From positions 231 to 64,230 of the forward strand of contig WRLX01000002.1 in assembly GCA_009777415.1 (NCBI GenBank): 64,000 nt of DNA, read 5' to 3'. The notes beneath the pieces are model-generated. The model worked only from the letters and a program-made list of their open reading frames with translations, had not been told where the DNA came from and did no database searches. How positions within the stretch are numbered: the first letter of the stretch is position 1; each line of letters starts with the position of its first letter. A program made the position numbers and the translations under genes. This document shows, piece after piece, positions 37,136 through 46,856 of the stretch. Source of the stretch: Oscillospiraceae bacterium (GTDB taxonomy: Bacteria; Bacillota; Clostridia; Oscillospirales; Ruminococcaceae).

Positions 37136-40100
37136 ATGAAAACAATGAAAAAAAGATTAATCTCGGTTATGCTGACCTGCGCTGTGTTCCTGTCGGTTTT
37201 GCCCGCAATTACGGGCTTTTCCGAAGTCGGGGGCGTTTCGGATTCGCCGTCGGCGACTCTATTGTCGGAGTCGTTGCCGTTCCGTTGCGGTGACTTAGAC
37301 GGAAACGGCACTGTTGACATTTTCGACACGCTTGAAACTTTGAAGTACATTGTAAACATGAACTCGACCATCACCCACATCCTCGCAACGTGGGACGGGG
37401 TTGACAATCGCGCAAAATCAAGACGCGCATCGATTCTCACGACTGCGAAGCGTGAAGGTCTTGACCCGGACGACATTCCGGACACTGTCGGCCCGGACAT
37501 ATTCGACACGCTGGAAACTCTGAAGTACATCGTAAACATGGATACACAGGAAATGTGCGAAAACGGCTGTGATTGGGACAGTCCCGACGAAAACGGATGC
37601 ACTGCCATCGGCTGTAACAACAGTGACTGCCTTGAACCCGTAGTGGTTGATTTGGGTACTGTATTGCCGCCACCGACCGGGGAGGTTTCGAGCGATTTCA
37701 GAAACTTGACCGCCAAGCAGTTAGTCAGCGAGATGCGGGCAGGGTGGAATCTCGGCAACACCTTTGATGCACACCGCGGCGGGCAGGAAATCGGTCACTC
37801 ACTCGTTACAATAAACGGAACTGCGGGAGGAGTCCGCGCTGTTGAGACAATGTGGCTTCCCGAAGAAATACAGATTCCGGGGCAGACGGCGGGAAGAATC
37901 GCCAATGCGACAACCCGCACTCTTATTCGAGAAGTCAGGCGGCAAGGTTTTGACACTATAAGAATACCCGTGTCATGGTATAAAGCCGTTGACCCCAATG
38001 ATGATTATAAGATTCACCCAAGTTTCATGGCGCGTGTTAAAGAGGTTGTGGACTGGGCAGTTAACGAGGATATGTATGTAATCCTCAATGTTCACCACGA
38101 TGATTACATTATGCCGATTTCTTTCGTTGACATGGAGGCTGCCGCAAATCCGCAAGGGCGGAGACCCGCGCAGCCAATTAAAGCCGAGGACAAGGAATTC
38201 ACCGAGATGTACCTAAGGCGGATTTGGGAGCAGATTTCCGAAGTATTTAACAATGATTACAATGAAAAGCTGATTTTTGAAGGGGTCAACGAACCCCGTA
38301 CTATCGGTTCAATCGGCGAATGGTCGGGCGGAACTGACCATGAACGCGAAATGGTAAACCGTTTAGGCGAGGTTTTTGTAGAGACTGTGAGAGATTCGGG
38401 CGGAAATAACGCTTACAGAATCTTAATGGTGCCTACTTATGCGGCGGCATCGAGCGATTCGGCATTCAACGGGTTCAGAATCCCTGCCGATACTGAAGAA
38501 AACACATCCGAATACACTTATACAAGCCCCACGGGAGTTGTTACCGAAAGTGAATCATCGCACAAAATTGCGATTTCTGTCCATGCTTATGTACCAGGTC
38601 CGTTTGCGTTAGCCGCGACTACCGTGCATTGGAGAGCTGATGTCCCGTCGGACACCGGGCCGATAGATGCCGCACTCAACCGAGTCAGAAATAATGCCGA
38701 CAGAATGGGCGCCGCGGTTATTCTCGGTGAATGGGGTTCTCCGAATCAATGTTTAGGCGAGGGTGCTTGTGCTGATAGCGAGGGCGGATGCAAGCGCGTA
38801 AACTGTGTACGAAGCAATACCGAGGCGCGGGCGGCTCATGCAAGGTATTACGTCAGAGCGGCACGTGAACGCGGAATGGTGACATCATGGTGGGATAACG
38901 GAGCGATTATTCCCGCCGAAAAAACAACCAATCCTTCCCACACATACGCATTGTTTACCAGACAGTCTATCGCGCCTAATATGCAGGGTGTTCACGTTTC
39001 ACCCCGCCTTAACCTCCCTTGGATAATAGAATCAATCCTCTGCGGCGCAGGGCCGGAACGCGATAAGCTTGACACGGGAAACACCCTGTCTAATCAGTTT
39101 AACACTGATGCCGTATTAGGTGACTATTCTGCTTCCGCCGCGCAGGCTTATGACATTTTCGATGTTTTGGAGATTCTTAAATCTATAGTCGGCATGAGCG
39201 AGCTTACCGATTTTGAAAAAGAAGTGTACACTTTTAACGGAAATGAAGGCTCACCCAACATTTTTGACGCACTTGAGATTCTGAAAGACATTGTGGGTAT
39301 GCTGAATCCGCCGTTAGTACGCAATATGCCTAAAATCCCGCCTACCGAGTCTGACGGGCTTGCAACTTCAAAGGCAGGCGGGGCATGGATTGAAACCGAT
39401 GGACGGTGGAGACCGATGTCCGATGAATGGAATCGCGATATACACTGGAATCCCCCGGGAGCGGGCATGGACTGGGTTGAAAACGAAGACGGCACATGGG
39501 AATCCCCTAACGGCGATATAACCACCACGTCTGCGGCGACTTCTGCCGCTACACCCGCTTCGTCTTCTCAGGCAACAATCCAAACAACACCTGTTTCGAC
39601 TACCATTTTGACTACTACTACACCTGTTACGGTTACTACGAATAATGCGACACCTCCGCCTGTGCCGACTTCTGCGGCAACTACCGTATCGGCGACATTC
39701 CCCAATACCACAACCGTGACAACAGTGCTTACTCCGACTACGACAACAAGTATACCGATAGTTACAACCGCTCATTCGACAACTCTTGCAATTACCCCTA
39801 CCTCGCCGCCGATAACAACAACTCCGTTTACTCCGACTTCTACTCCGTCGGTGACGACTGTAGTCACTCCTGCCGTGACGACAACAATCACTCCCGCTGT
39901 AACAACAACGATTGTACAAACTACGGTTAATCCCGTAGTTACCACAACTGCACCCACATCCGCAACAACTGCGGCGGGGACGACTGTGTCTGCAATTGCA
40001 ACCACTTCTACGGGTGCTGTTACAACAGGCGCGATTAATCCCACGGGAGTTCTCTATGATATGCAAAATGACCCGGATTTGGACAAAGCACGTTCGGGCG

Positions 40101-42253
40101 GCGGCTCAATGTCGTTCCTGCAAGGCTCAAGCGGCGAGCGTTCTGTTCAGATGAGCGCAAACCCGCGGACTATAACGATTATCCAAAGCGGAAACAGCAA
40201 CGGCATGGATATTAAGTTAGCGGATTTGAACGCAAAACCTAACCACTCATACACGTTTGAAATTGGCGGAACGTACAGCGGCTCACAATTGAGGTTTACT
40301 AAAGAAGGCGGCACTGCAAGGGCTTTGACAACCAATCCCGCTACCGTTTCGGGCGGCACTTTCTCATTTACTCATACTGCCGATTATGCTACGATTGTTT
40401 CGGACCTTGCCGATAATGCTCAGGCAAGATACCGAATAAGCAGCCCTTCGGGAATTATCGGTACAATGGTGATTAACAAGATTATAGTTACCGAAATACC
40501 TTTAGGGGGCGGAACAACTCCCGCAGTGACCACCGTAACTCCCGCGGTGACTACAGCAACTCCCGCAATAACTACAACCGTGCCCGTCACAATCACAACC
40601 GTGCCTGTGACAACTTCATCATCGGTTGTAACGACTGCTGCGACTACGACTGCACAAACGAGATTTACGATTACTTTTAACCATAACTACTCGGGAAGCC
40701 CCTCAAGCTTTAACGTGCAGACAAACGGAACAGGCAGGATTAACTCTGCCGACTTCCCCGCCGCACCTACGAGAACAGGGTATACCTTTGCAGGTTGGTT
40801 TGATACCTCGTCTTCAAGCGGAGGAAACCAAATAATCGCCGGTTCATCAACGGGAACGCAGTTTAACTCTAATACGACTGTTTTTGCGAGATGGACTGCT
40901 GTATCGGCTACAAGGTATACAATCACGTTAAATCCGCAAAGCGGGGCTGTTTCACCGACAACAATACAAACTCGTGACGCTAATGCAAACGGAGTTGCCA
41001 CTCTTCCGACGGGCGAACTCCCTATTCCTACAAGAAACGGATACACTTTTGTAGGTTGGTTCACGTCTGCGAGCGGCGGAACTCAAATAACAGACGGTTC
41101 GGGGGGTTCTACTTTTACCGCTAATACCACTATTCATGCGAGATGGGTTGATAATTCCACCGGGGGCGGGTTTAGGGACATTACCGCTTCGCAGTTAGTT
41201 AGTGAAATCGGTGTCGGTTGGAATTTGGGTAACACCCTTGACGCATATCCGAATGAGTCTTCATGGTCAGTACCGAATACTACAAAAGCGACTATTGACG
41301 GAGTAAAAGCCGCCGGATTCAATACAATCAGAATCCCGATTACATGGCATCCGCATATTAGCGGGAGCGGCTCAAGCGCGACTATCAGCTCTTCCAGAAT
41401 GAACCGCGTTAAACAAATTGTGGACTGGGCAGTTGCAAACGATATGTATATCATAATCAACACTCACCATGATGAAGACATTTTCTCAGTTACCACAAGT
41501 AGCTCTACCCCTGCGAATACTTTGTCCGCTGTTTGGACACAGATTGCGAACACATTTAAGGATTATAACGAGAAGTTGATTTTTGAGGGGCTTAATGAGC
41601 CGCGCGACACTAAAGGCACAAAGGATAACAGCGACGATGACTGGTACGGCACTACTACGCTGCACGAAAGACTTAATACTCTTAATCAGGCTTTTGTTTC
41701 CGCAGTAAGAGCTACAGGCGGCAACAACGCGAGAAGAGTTCTTATGGTTCCCACTTATGCGGCAAGCGGGCAGGCGTGGAATAATCAAAGCCCTTTCCAC
41801 GGTTTCAAAAAGCCTACCGATACTGTTGCAAACAAATTGGTTCTTTCGGTTCACAGGTATGAGCCTAATGAATTCACATTGTATGCGCAGAGCAGAACGT
41901 GGTCGGAATCAGGTGTAAGAACCGCTCTCGAGCTTATTGCAAATGCATCTAAAACAAGCTCGACAAACGTAAATCTCGGCAATTACAGTATTACAATGCC
42001 TGGATTGGGTATGCCGATAATTCTCGGCGAATGGGGTGCGACTAACCAAAACAACGAGGCAGAAAGAGCGAGATATGCCGAGTTTTATGTCAAAGAGGCG
42101 ACAAGGCTCGGAATGAGAACGGTTCTGTGGGATAACGGCGTTTCGGCAACCGCAACGGGCAGTGAAATGCACGCGTATATTAACAGGAGTAACGGCAATA
42201 TTCACTCAAATGCTGTGTCGATTATTGAGGCGATTAAAAAAGGTCGCGGATAA
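37136..42253 (+). CDS. Secreted multimodular double-GH5 (GH5_4-like) endoglucanase with two dockerin-like modules, Thr-rich linkers and two InlB B-repeat-like domains
   Basis: Two sets of GWNLGNT/IRIP/HH/NEP/GEWG/WDNG; GDLDGNGTVDIFD dockerin-like pair; PTRxGYTFxGWF twice; SD AGGAGG before ATG 37136. Confidence 0.9.
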   Translation: MKTMKKRLISVMLTCAVFLSVLPAITGFSEVGGVSDSPSATLLSESLPFRCGDLDGNGTVDIFDTLETLKYIVNMNSTITHILATWDGVDNRAKSRRASILTTAKREGLDPDDIPDTVGPDIFDTLETLKYIVNMDTQEMCENGCDWDSPDENGCTAIGCNNSDCLEPVVVDLGTVLPPPTGEVSSDFRNLTAKQLVSEMRAGWNLGNTFDAHRGGQEIGHSLVTINGTAGGVRAVETMWLPEEIQIPGQTAGRIANATTRTLIREVRRQGFDTIRIPVSWYKAVDPNDDYKIHPSFMARVKEVVDWAVNEDMYVILNVHHDDYIMPISFVDMEAAANPQGRRPAQPIKAEDKEFTEMYLRRIWEQISEVFNNDYNEKLIFEGVNEPRTIGSIGEWSGGTDHEREMVNRLGEVFVETVRDSGGNNAYRILMVPTYAAASSDSAFNGFRIPADTEENTSEYTYTSPTGVVTESESSHKIAISVHAYVPGPFALAATTVHWRADVPSDTGPIDAALNRVRNNADRMGAAVILGEWGSPNQCLGEGACADSEGGCKRVNCVRSNTEARAAHARYYVRAARERGMVTSWWDNGAIIPAEKTTNPSHTYALFTRQSIAPNMQGVHVSPRLNLPWIIESILCGAGPERDKLDTGNTLSNQFNTDAVLGDYSASAAQAYDIFDVLEILKSIVGMSELTDFEKEVYTFNGNEGSPNIFDALEILKDIVGMLNPPLVRNMPKIPPTESDGLATSKAGGAWIETDGRWRPMSDEWNRDIHWNPPGAGMDWVENEDGTWESPNGDITTTSAATSAATPASSSQATIQTTPVSTTILTTTTPVTVTTNNATPPPVPTSAATTVSATFPNTTTVTTVLTPTTTTSIPIVTTAHSTTLAITPTSPPITTTPFTPTSTPSVTTVVTPAVTTTITPAVTTTIVQTTVNPVVTTTAPTSATTAAGTTVSAIATTSTGAVTTGAINPTGVLYDMQNDPDLDKARSGGGSMSFLQGSSGERSVQMSANPRTITIIQSGNSNGMDIKLADLNAKPNHSYTFEIGGTYSGSQLRFTKEGGTARALTTNPATVSGGTFSFTHTADYATIVSDLADNAQARYRISSPSGIIGTMVINKIIVTEIPLGGGTTPAVTTVTPAVTTATPAITTTVPVTITTVPVTTSSSVVTTAATTTAQTRFTITFNHNYSGSPSSFNVQTNGTGRINSADFPAAPTRTGYTFAGWFDTSSSSGGNQIIAGSSTGTQFNSNTTVFARWTAVSATRYTITLNPQSGAVSPTTIQTRDANANGVATLPTGELPIPTRNGYTFVGWFTSASGGTQITDGSGGSTFTANTTIHARWVDNSTGGGFRDITASQLVSEIGVGWNLGNTLDAYPNESSWSVPNTTKATIDGVKAAGFNTIRIPITWHPHISGSGSSATISSSRMNRVKQIVDWAVANDMYIIINTHHDEDIFSVTTSSSTPANTLSAVWTQIANTFKDYNEKLIFEGLNEPRDTKGTKDNSDDDWYGTTTLHERLNTLNQAFVSAVRATGGNNARRVLMVPTYAASGQAWNNQSPFHGFKKPTDTVANKLVLSVHRYEPNEFTLYAQSRTWSESGVRTALELIANASKTSSTNVNLGNYSITMPGLGMPIILGEWGATNQNNEAERARYAEFYVKEATRLGMRTVLWDNGVSATATGSEMHAYINRSNGNIHSNAVSIIEAIKKGRG

Positions 42254-42275
42254 TTGGCTGTGAATACGGCTTTTA

Positions 42276-42450
42276 AGAAAGGAATGGGGTAAAAGTTTGA
42301 AAATAAATCTGCGTGAGTGCGGAAAACGAAACTTTAAGTGGCACATTTGTGCAGAAAGGTATGGTGTAAAAGTTTGAAAATAAATCTGCGTGAGTGCGGA
42401 AAACGAAACTTTAAGTGGCACGATTGTGCAGAAAGGTATGGTGTAAAAAT
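42276..42450 (+). repeat. Family A array (2 cores, 3 boxes, period 77)
   Basis: AGAAAGG at 42276, 42353, 42430. Confidence 0.96.
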
Positions 42451-43011
42451 ATGAATTATGATATTAAGGATGTGTCATTGAGGCTTAAGGCTACGCGGGA
42501 ATATCTTGATATTTCTGCAGAGGAATTAGCCGAAAAGACCAAGACCGACATTGCCGAATACCGCGCACTTGAAAACGGGGAGAAGGACTTTTCGCTGTCG
42601 TTCTTACACGATTGTGCGGTGGCACTCGGCATGGATGTAATTGAGCTTCTCACGGGGAACACCCCGACTTTGAAGAAATATTCACTTGCCAAAAACGGCA
42701 AAGGGCTTCCGATTAAACGCCGGGAGGGGCTGAGTTATCAGCATATGGCGCACTTGTTTAAGAACAAAAAGGCAGAGCCGTTTGTGGTGACTGCGCCGTA
42801 TTCTGCCGAGGAGCAGTCTAAGCCAATCCCGTTGTCATCACACGATGGGCAGGAAATGGATTTTGTAATTTCCGGGAGACTTAAATTTATAATAGGCGAG
42901 CATACCGTGTTTCTTGACGAGGGGGATTGCATTTATTTCGATGCGGCAAACCCTCACGGAATGATTGCCGTTGACGGACAGGATTGTAAATTTTTCGCGG
43001 TATTAATATAA
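42451..43011 (+). CDS. XRE-family HTH-cupin transcriptional regulator
   Basis: N-terminal HTH; cupin H.GQE...EGDCIYFDA..PHGM. Confidence 0.9.
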   Translation: MNYDIKDVSLRLKATREYLDISAEELAEKTKTDIAEYRALENGEKDFSLSFLHDCAVALGMDVIELLTGNTPTLKKYSLAKNGKGLPIKRREGLSYQHMAHLFKNKKAEPFVVTAPYSAEEQSKPIPLSSHDGQEMDFVISGRLKFIIGEHTVFLDEGDCIYFDAANPHGMIAVDGQDCKFFAVLI

Positions 43012-43030
43012 GAAGAAAGGACGTAGCTTA

Positions 43031-44701
43031 ATGAAAGTAACGGATTATTATAAGCAATATGTGAAAGAGGGATTTGACAAAAGCGGGGTGCTTAACGAGT
43101 TTTCGGTAAATCCTCCCGATGATTTTAACTTCGCCTATGACATAATTGATAAGTTTGCCGAGCTTGAACCGAACAGGGCCGCATTACAGTGGGTTGATAT
43201 TAACGGCAACGATAAAATGCTGACTTACGGCGAATTGTCGAAGCTTTCAAGCCAAGCCGCAAACGCTCTTGTTAAAAACGGGGTGAAAAAAGGCGACAAA
43301 ATCATGCTCGTGCTAAAGCGGAATTACCAGTTTTGGTACACCATAATTGCACTCCATAAAATAGGAGCTGTGGGCATTCCCGCCACGCATTTGCTGACGA
43401 CTAAGGATTATGTTTACCGTTTTGAACAGGCGGAAATAACCGGGGTGGTAATAACTGCGTTAAACCCGGAGGTTGCCGAAAGAATCAACGAGGCGGATAG
43501 CGAAACGGGAAACAAAATAAAGACGAAATGTATAGTAAACTTAAAGAACGGGGAAGCTGCGCCGAGAGGTTTTGCGGATTTTGATGCGGCAATTGAGGCG
43601 GAGGACGGCAATTTTGCGCGAGTCGCCACTAAGGCTACCGACATGATGTTGCTTTACTTTACATCGGGGACTACCGGCTATCCTAAAATGGTAACTCATA
43701 ATTTCCGATACGCCCTTGCCCATATTTTGACTGCGAAATATTGGCTTAATGTTCAACCGGACGGAAGGCATTTTACCGTTGCCGACACGGGTTGGGCAAA
43801 GTCGGCTTGGGGTTGTCTTTACGGGCAGATGGCATTGGGTGCTTGCGTTTTTGTATACGATTTTGACAGATTTGTCCCCGCCGAGCTTTTGAAAGTCATA
43901 CAGGATTATAAGGTTACGTCTTTTTGCGCCCCGCCTACTATGTACAGACTTTTCATAAAGGAAGGGCTAAAGGAATACGACCTGTCAAATTTGAAATACT
44001 GCTGTATCGCAGGTGAGGCACTTAATCCCGAAGTGTTTGAACGGTGGAAAGAATTTACCGGGCTTAAACTCATGGAGGGGTTCGGGCAAACCGAAAGTGT
44101 TGTAATGCTCGCGAACCTCGTGGGAATGACACCGATTCCGGGTTCAATGGGGAAGCCTGTTCCTTTTTATGATATGGATATTGTTGATGATGACGGCAAT
44201 TCTGTCCCGACAGGTGAAGTCGGCGAAATAGTAGTCCGCTGTGAACGCGGTGCCGACGGAATGTTCGGCGGGTATTTTAATAACGATGAATTGACCGTTT
44301 CGGTTTGGAGCGATGGAATATACCACACAGGTGACACCGCTTACCGTGATGAAGACGGGTATTACTGGTATGTCGGGCGAAATGACGACTTAATCAAAGC
44401 CTCCGGCTACAGAATAGGGCCGTTTGAGATTGAAAGCGTGTTGATTACTCATCCCGCAGTCCTTGAATGTGCAGTGACAGGCGCACCCGACCCAATCAGA
44501 GGGCAGGTGGTTAAGGCGACTATCGTCTTGACTAAGTCCTATGAGCCGTCTGACGCGCTTGCACGCGAATTGCAGGAACACGTCAAGAAAAATACCGCGC
44601 CTTACAAATACCCGCGTATAATTGAATTTACTGCGGAATTACCAAAGACAATAAGCGGCAAAATCAAAAGAACCGATATTCGCAAGGGGGACGGCAAATA
44701 G
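43031..44701 (+). CDS. Acyl-CoA synthetase (AMP-binding, medium/short chain)
   Basis: YFTSGTTGYPK, EGFGQTE, YHTGD, LPKTISGKI. Confidence 0.92.
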   Translation: MKVTDYYKQYVKEGFDKSGVLNEFSVNPPDDFNFAYDIIDKFAELEPNRAALQWVDINGNDKMLTYGELSKLSSQAANALVKNGVKKGDKIMLVLKRNYQFWYTIIALHKIGAVGIPATHLLTTKDYVYRFEQAEITGVVITALNPEVAERINEADSETGNKIKTKCIVNLKNGEAAPRGFADFDAAIEAEDGNFARVATKATDMMLLYFTSGTTGYPKMVTHNFRYALAHILTAKYWLNVQPDGRHFTVADTGWAKSAWGCLYGQMALGACVFVYDFDRFVPAELLKVIQDYKVTSFCAPPTMYRLFIKEGLKEYDLSNLKYCCIAGEALNPEVFERWKEFTGLKLMEGFGQTESVVMLANLVGMTPIPGSMGKPVPFYDMDIVDDDGNSVPTGEVGEIVVRCERGADGMFGGYFNNDELTVSVWSDGIYHTGDTAYRDEDGYYWYVGRNDDLIKASGYRIGPFEIESVLITHPAVLECAVTGAPDPIRGQVVKATIVLTKSYEPSDALARELQEHVKKNTAPYKYPRIIEFTAELPKTISGKIKRTDIRKGDGK

Positions 44702-44778
44702 GTTTCGGTTTGGCTTTTGTAAAATTCTATGGTGTTTTTGCACAAAAATTCCTTAGATAATTTTAACAATTTGCACAG

Positions 44779-44807
44779 TTGACACATACGCTGAAATATG
44801 GTATACT
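44779..44807 (+). promoter_or_regulatory. sigma-A promoter of the VTC operon
   Basis: TTGACA-17-TATACT with TG extension. Confidence 0.7.
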
Positions 44808-44886
44808 GTAAATAATAGGCAAAGTCTTTTTGATTTTGGCGTAAAGTTCGTAATAATATTTTCTTAAAAAAGGAGGTGTGAATTGT

Positions 44887-45699
44887 ATGGCTATAGAAGT
44901 GTTTGCGAGGAAAGAAATGAAGTATGTCATGGACGCGGAGAGATATAAGCACATAACCCAATTTCTCTTAAAGTACATGAACTACGATGAACACAACCAC
45001 GGCGGTAAGCATTATACAATTGCCAACATTTACTACGATACCGATAACCATGACATTATCCGCGAATCGGTGGCAAAACCCAAGTATAAAGAGAAGCTGA
45101 GGCTTCGCGCATACGGAATCCCCGATATGGACAGCAAAGTCTATCTCGAAATTAAAAAGAAGTACCTCGGAGTTGTTTACAAGCGCAGGGTTACTCTAAG
45201 GCTTGAAGAAGCGTATGAGTTTATCAAGACTAAGGAAATCCCGCCGGAAGACTCCAAGAGACCCAAGTATGTTAAAACGCAGGTTATGAAAGAATTAAAG
45301 GAATCCCTGCTGTTTTACAATCCTGTGCCGATGATTTATTTAGCGTATGACAGGATTGCGTTCTTCGGGAAAGACCCGTCAGAGGGCGGACCTGGAAGAG
45401 AACTCAGAATCTCGTTTGATTTTAATGTGAGAACAAGGCGGGAAAATACGGGGCTTGAACTCGGCGACCATGGCGAACAGCTTTTAAGAGACGGATGGTA
45501 TGTAATGGAAGTGAAGGCGGGGAATACGTTGCCGCGTTGGTTGCTCGATTATTTTGCGGAGCATGGTTTGAGGCGGGGAAGTATTTCCAAATACGGTGCA
45601 GAGTATAAACGGTTTTTGCGCCGAAAAATTATATCGGAAGCGAACGATGAAAAATCGCTCAACCTTCCGCCCGTGATTGCGGAACATTTAACTACTTAA
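44887..45699 (+). CDS. VTC-domain (polyphosphate polymerase-like) protein
   Basis: RKEMKY, IYYDT, KEKLRLRAY, LEIKKK, YDRIA, MEVK, SKY. Confidence 0.88.
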   Translation: MAIEVFARKEMKYVMDAERYKHITQFLLKYMNYDEHNHGGKHYTIANIYYDTDNHDIIRESVAKPKYKEKLRLRAYGIPDMDSKVYLEIKKKYLGVVYKRRVTLRLEEAYEFIKTKEIPPEDSKRPKYVKTQVMKELKESLLFYNPVPMIYLAYDRIAFFGKDPSEGGPGRELRISFDFNVRTRRENTGLELGDHGEQLLRDGWYVMEVKAGNTLPRWLLDYFAEHGLRRGSISKYGAEYKRFLRRKIISEANDEKSLNLPPVIAEHLTT

Positions 45700-45723
45700 G
45701 GCGGAGCAGGAAAACCCAACTGT

Positions 45724-45778
45724 CAAAGGCGAAAACCCACGTAAACAAAGGCGAAAACTCGCGTAAACAAGGCGAAAA
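45724..45778 (+). repeat. ~22-bp tandem repeat (2.5 copies)
   Basis: CAAAGGCGAAAACCCACGTAAA / CAAAGGCGAAAACTCGCGTAAA / CAAGGCGAAAA. Confidence 0.8.
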
Positions 45779-45809
45779 TTAAATGTAAATTTTAAGGAGA
45801 ACAATTACC

Positions 45810-46856
45810 ATGGTATCAAGAACACTTGCAAAGGCTTTAACTTTAGTTATGATTCTCGCTATAGCGGCGTCTATGGCAATTACGGCAGCGGCATCCGACT
45901 TATCAGACTTCGGCATAACTTCCGGCGGTGATGTCGGTTTTGGAGGCACAGATACTCGCACAGTCCTTTTGGTAGAACCGGGTGCGTCAAACTGGAAATC
46001 CGCAAACTGGAAATGTAACAATTGCAGTTGGGGCTATTTAAATGACACAACAAACAAACCTTCGTTTTATATCCAAAGTTTAGAACGCAGCGTAGATTGC
46101 TTCGTTTGCGAAACGGACAATGTGGTAAGAACATCGGGCGGCTGGGTGAGATTTTTAGTGGGCAATATCCGCCCCATTCCGGACGCTTTCGGCAGACCCA
46201 CCGACACTGCGGGAACTTTCTTTGTACTTATAGCTTCCGCGCTTGTATTGGGCTTTGTCATGAGCTTACTTTACAAAGCGGTTACAAGGAAAGGGCAGCC
46301 GTCATCGGCGAACTTCGCGACTACTCTTGTTATGCTTCCGCCCGTAATCACGATGGTTGTGTTTGTTATCGGGCAGAACTTAGCGGCGGCATTCGGTCTT
46401 GCGGGGGTTTTCGCAATGACACGTTTCCGCAATTCCACCAATAACTCAAAAGACCTCGCTTTTGTGTTCGTATCTGTAGCGTTGGGGCTTTCATGCGCTA
46501 TGGGCTTTGTGTTCTACGCTTTCGCAATCGCCGCTGTGCTTTGTATAGTCCTTCTTATTTTAAGCACTATCGGCTACGGCGAACTTAAAAGCCCGCCTAA
46601 AATTTTGCGTATTAACGTGCCTGAAAGTATCAGCTACAATGAAATTTTCGATTCGATATTGGAAAAGTACGCTTACTCTTGGGATGTAACAAGAGTAAAA
46701 ACAATCGACCTCGGGGCTACGTTTGAGATTACCTACTCCTTGATGACTAAACCCCAAATCAACGAGAAAGAGTTTATTGACGAACTGCGAACTCGTAACG
46801 GTAACTTAAACATTATCCTCAGGTTAGATACTCGACGAGAAGGGGAGAGTAGATAA
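45810..46856 (+). CDS. DUF4956 membrane protein with extra N-terminal signal/CxxC-containing domain
   Basis: NLAAAFGLAGVFAMTRFRN...KDL.FVF...GLSCAMG...FIDELRTRNGNLNI. Confidence 0.8.
   Translation: MVSRTLAKALTLVMILAIAASMAITAAASDLSDFGITSGGDVGFGGTDTRTVLLVEPGASNWKSANWKCNNCSWGYLNDTTNKPSFYIQSLERSVDCFVCETDNVVRTSGGWVRFLVGNIRPIPDAFGRPTDTAGTFFVLIASALVLGFVMSLLYKAVTRKGQPSSANFATTLVMLPPVITMVVFVIGQNLAAAFGLAGVFAMTRFRNSTNNSKDLAFVFVSVALGLSCAMGFVFYAFAIAAVLCIVLLILSTIGYGELKSPPKILRINVPESISYNEIFDSILEKYAYSWDVTRVKTIDLGATFEITYSLMTKPQINEKEFIDELRTRNGNLNIILRLDTRREGESR

Noticed and set aside
39520-40660. ACN-rich low-complexity DNA as a non-coding repeat, and Cys/Arg-rich antisense ORFs
   Set aside because: Explained by Thr/Pro linkers of the GH5 protein.
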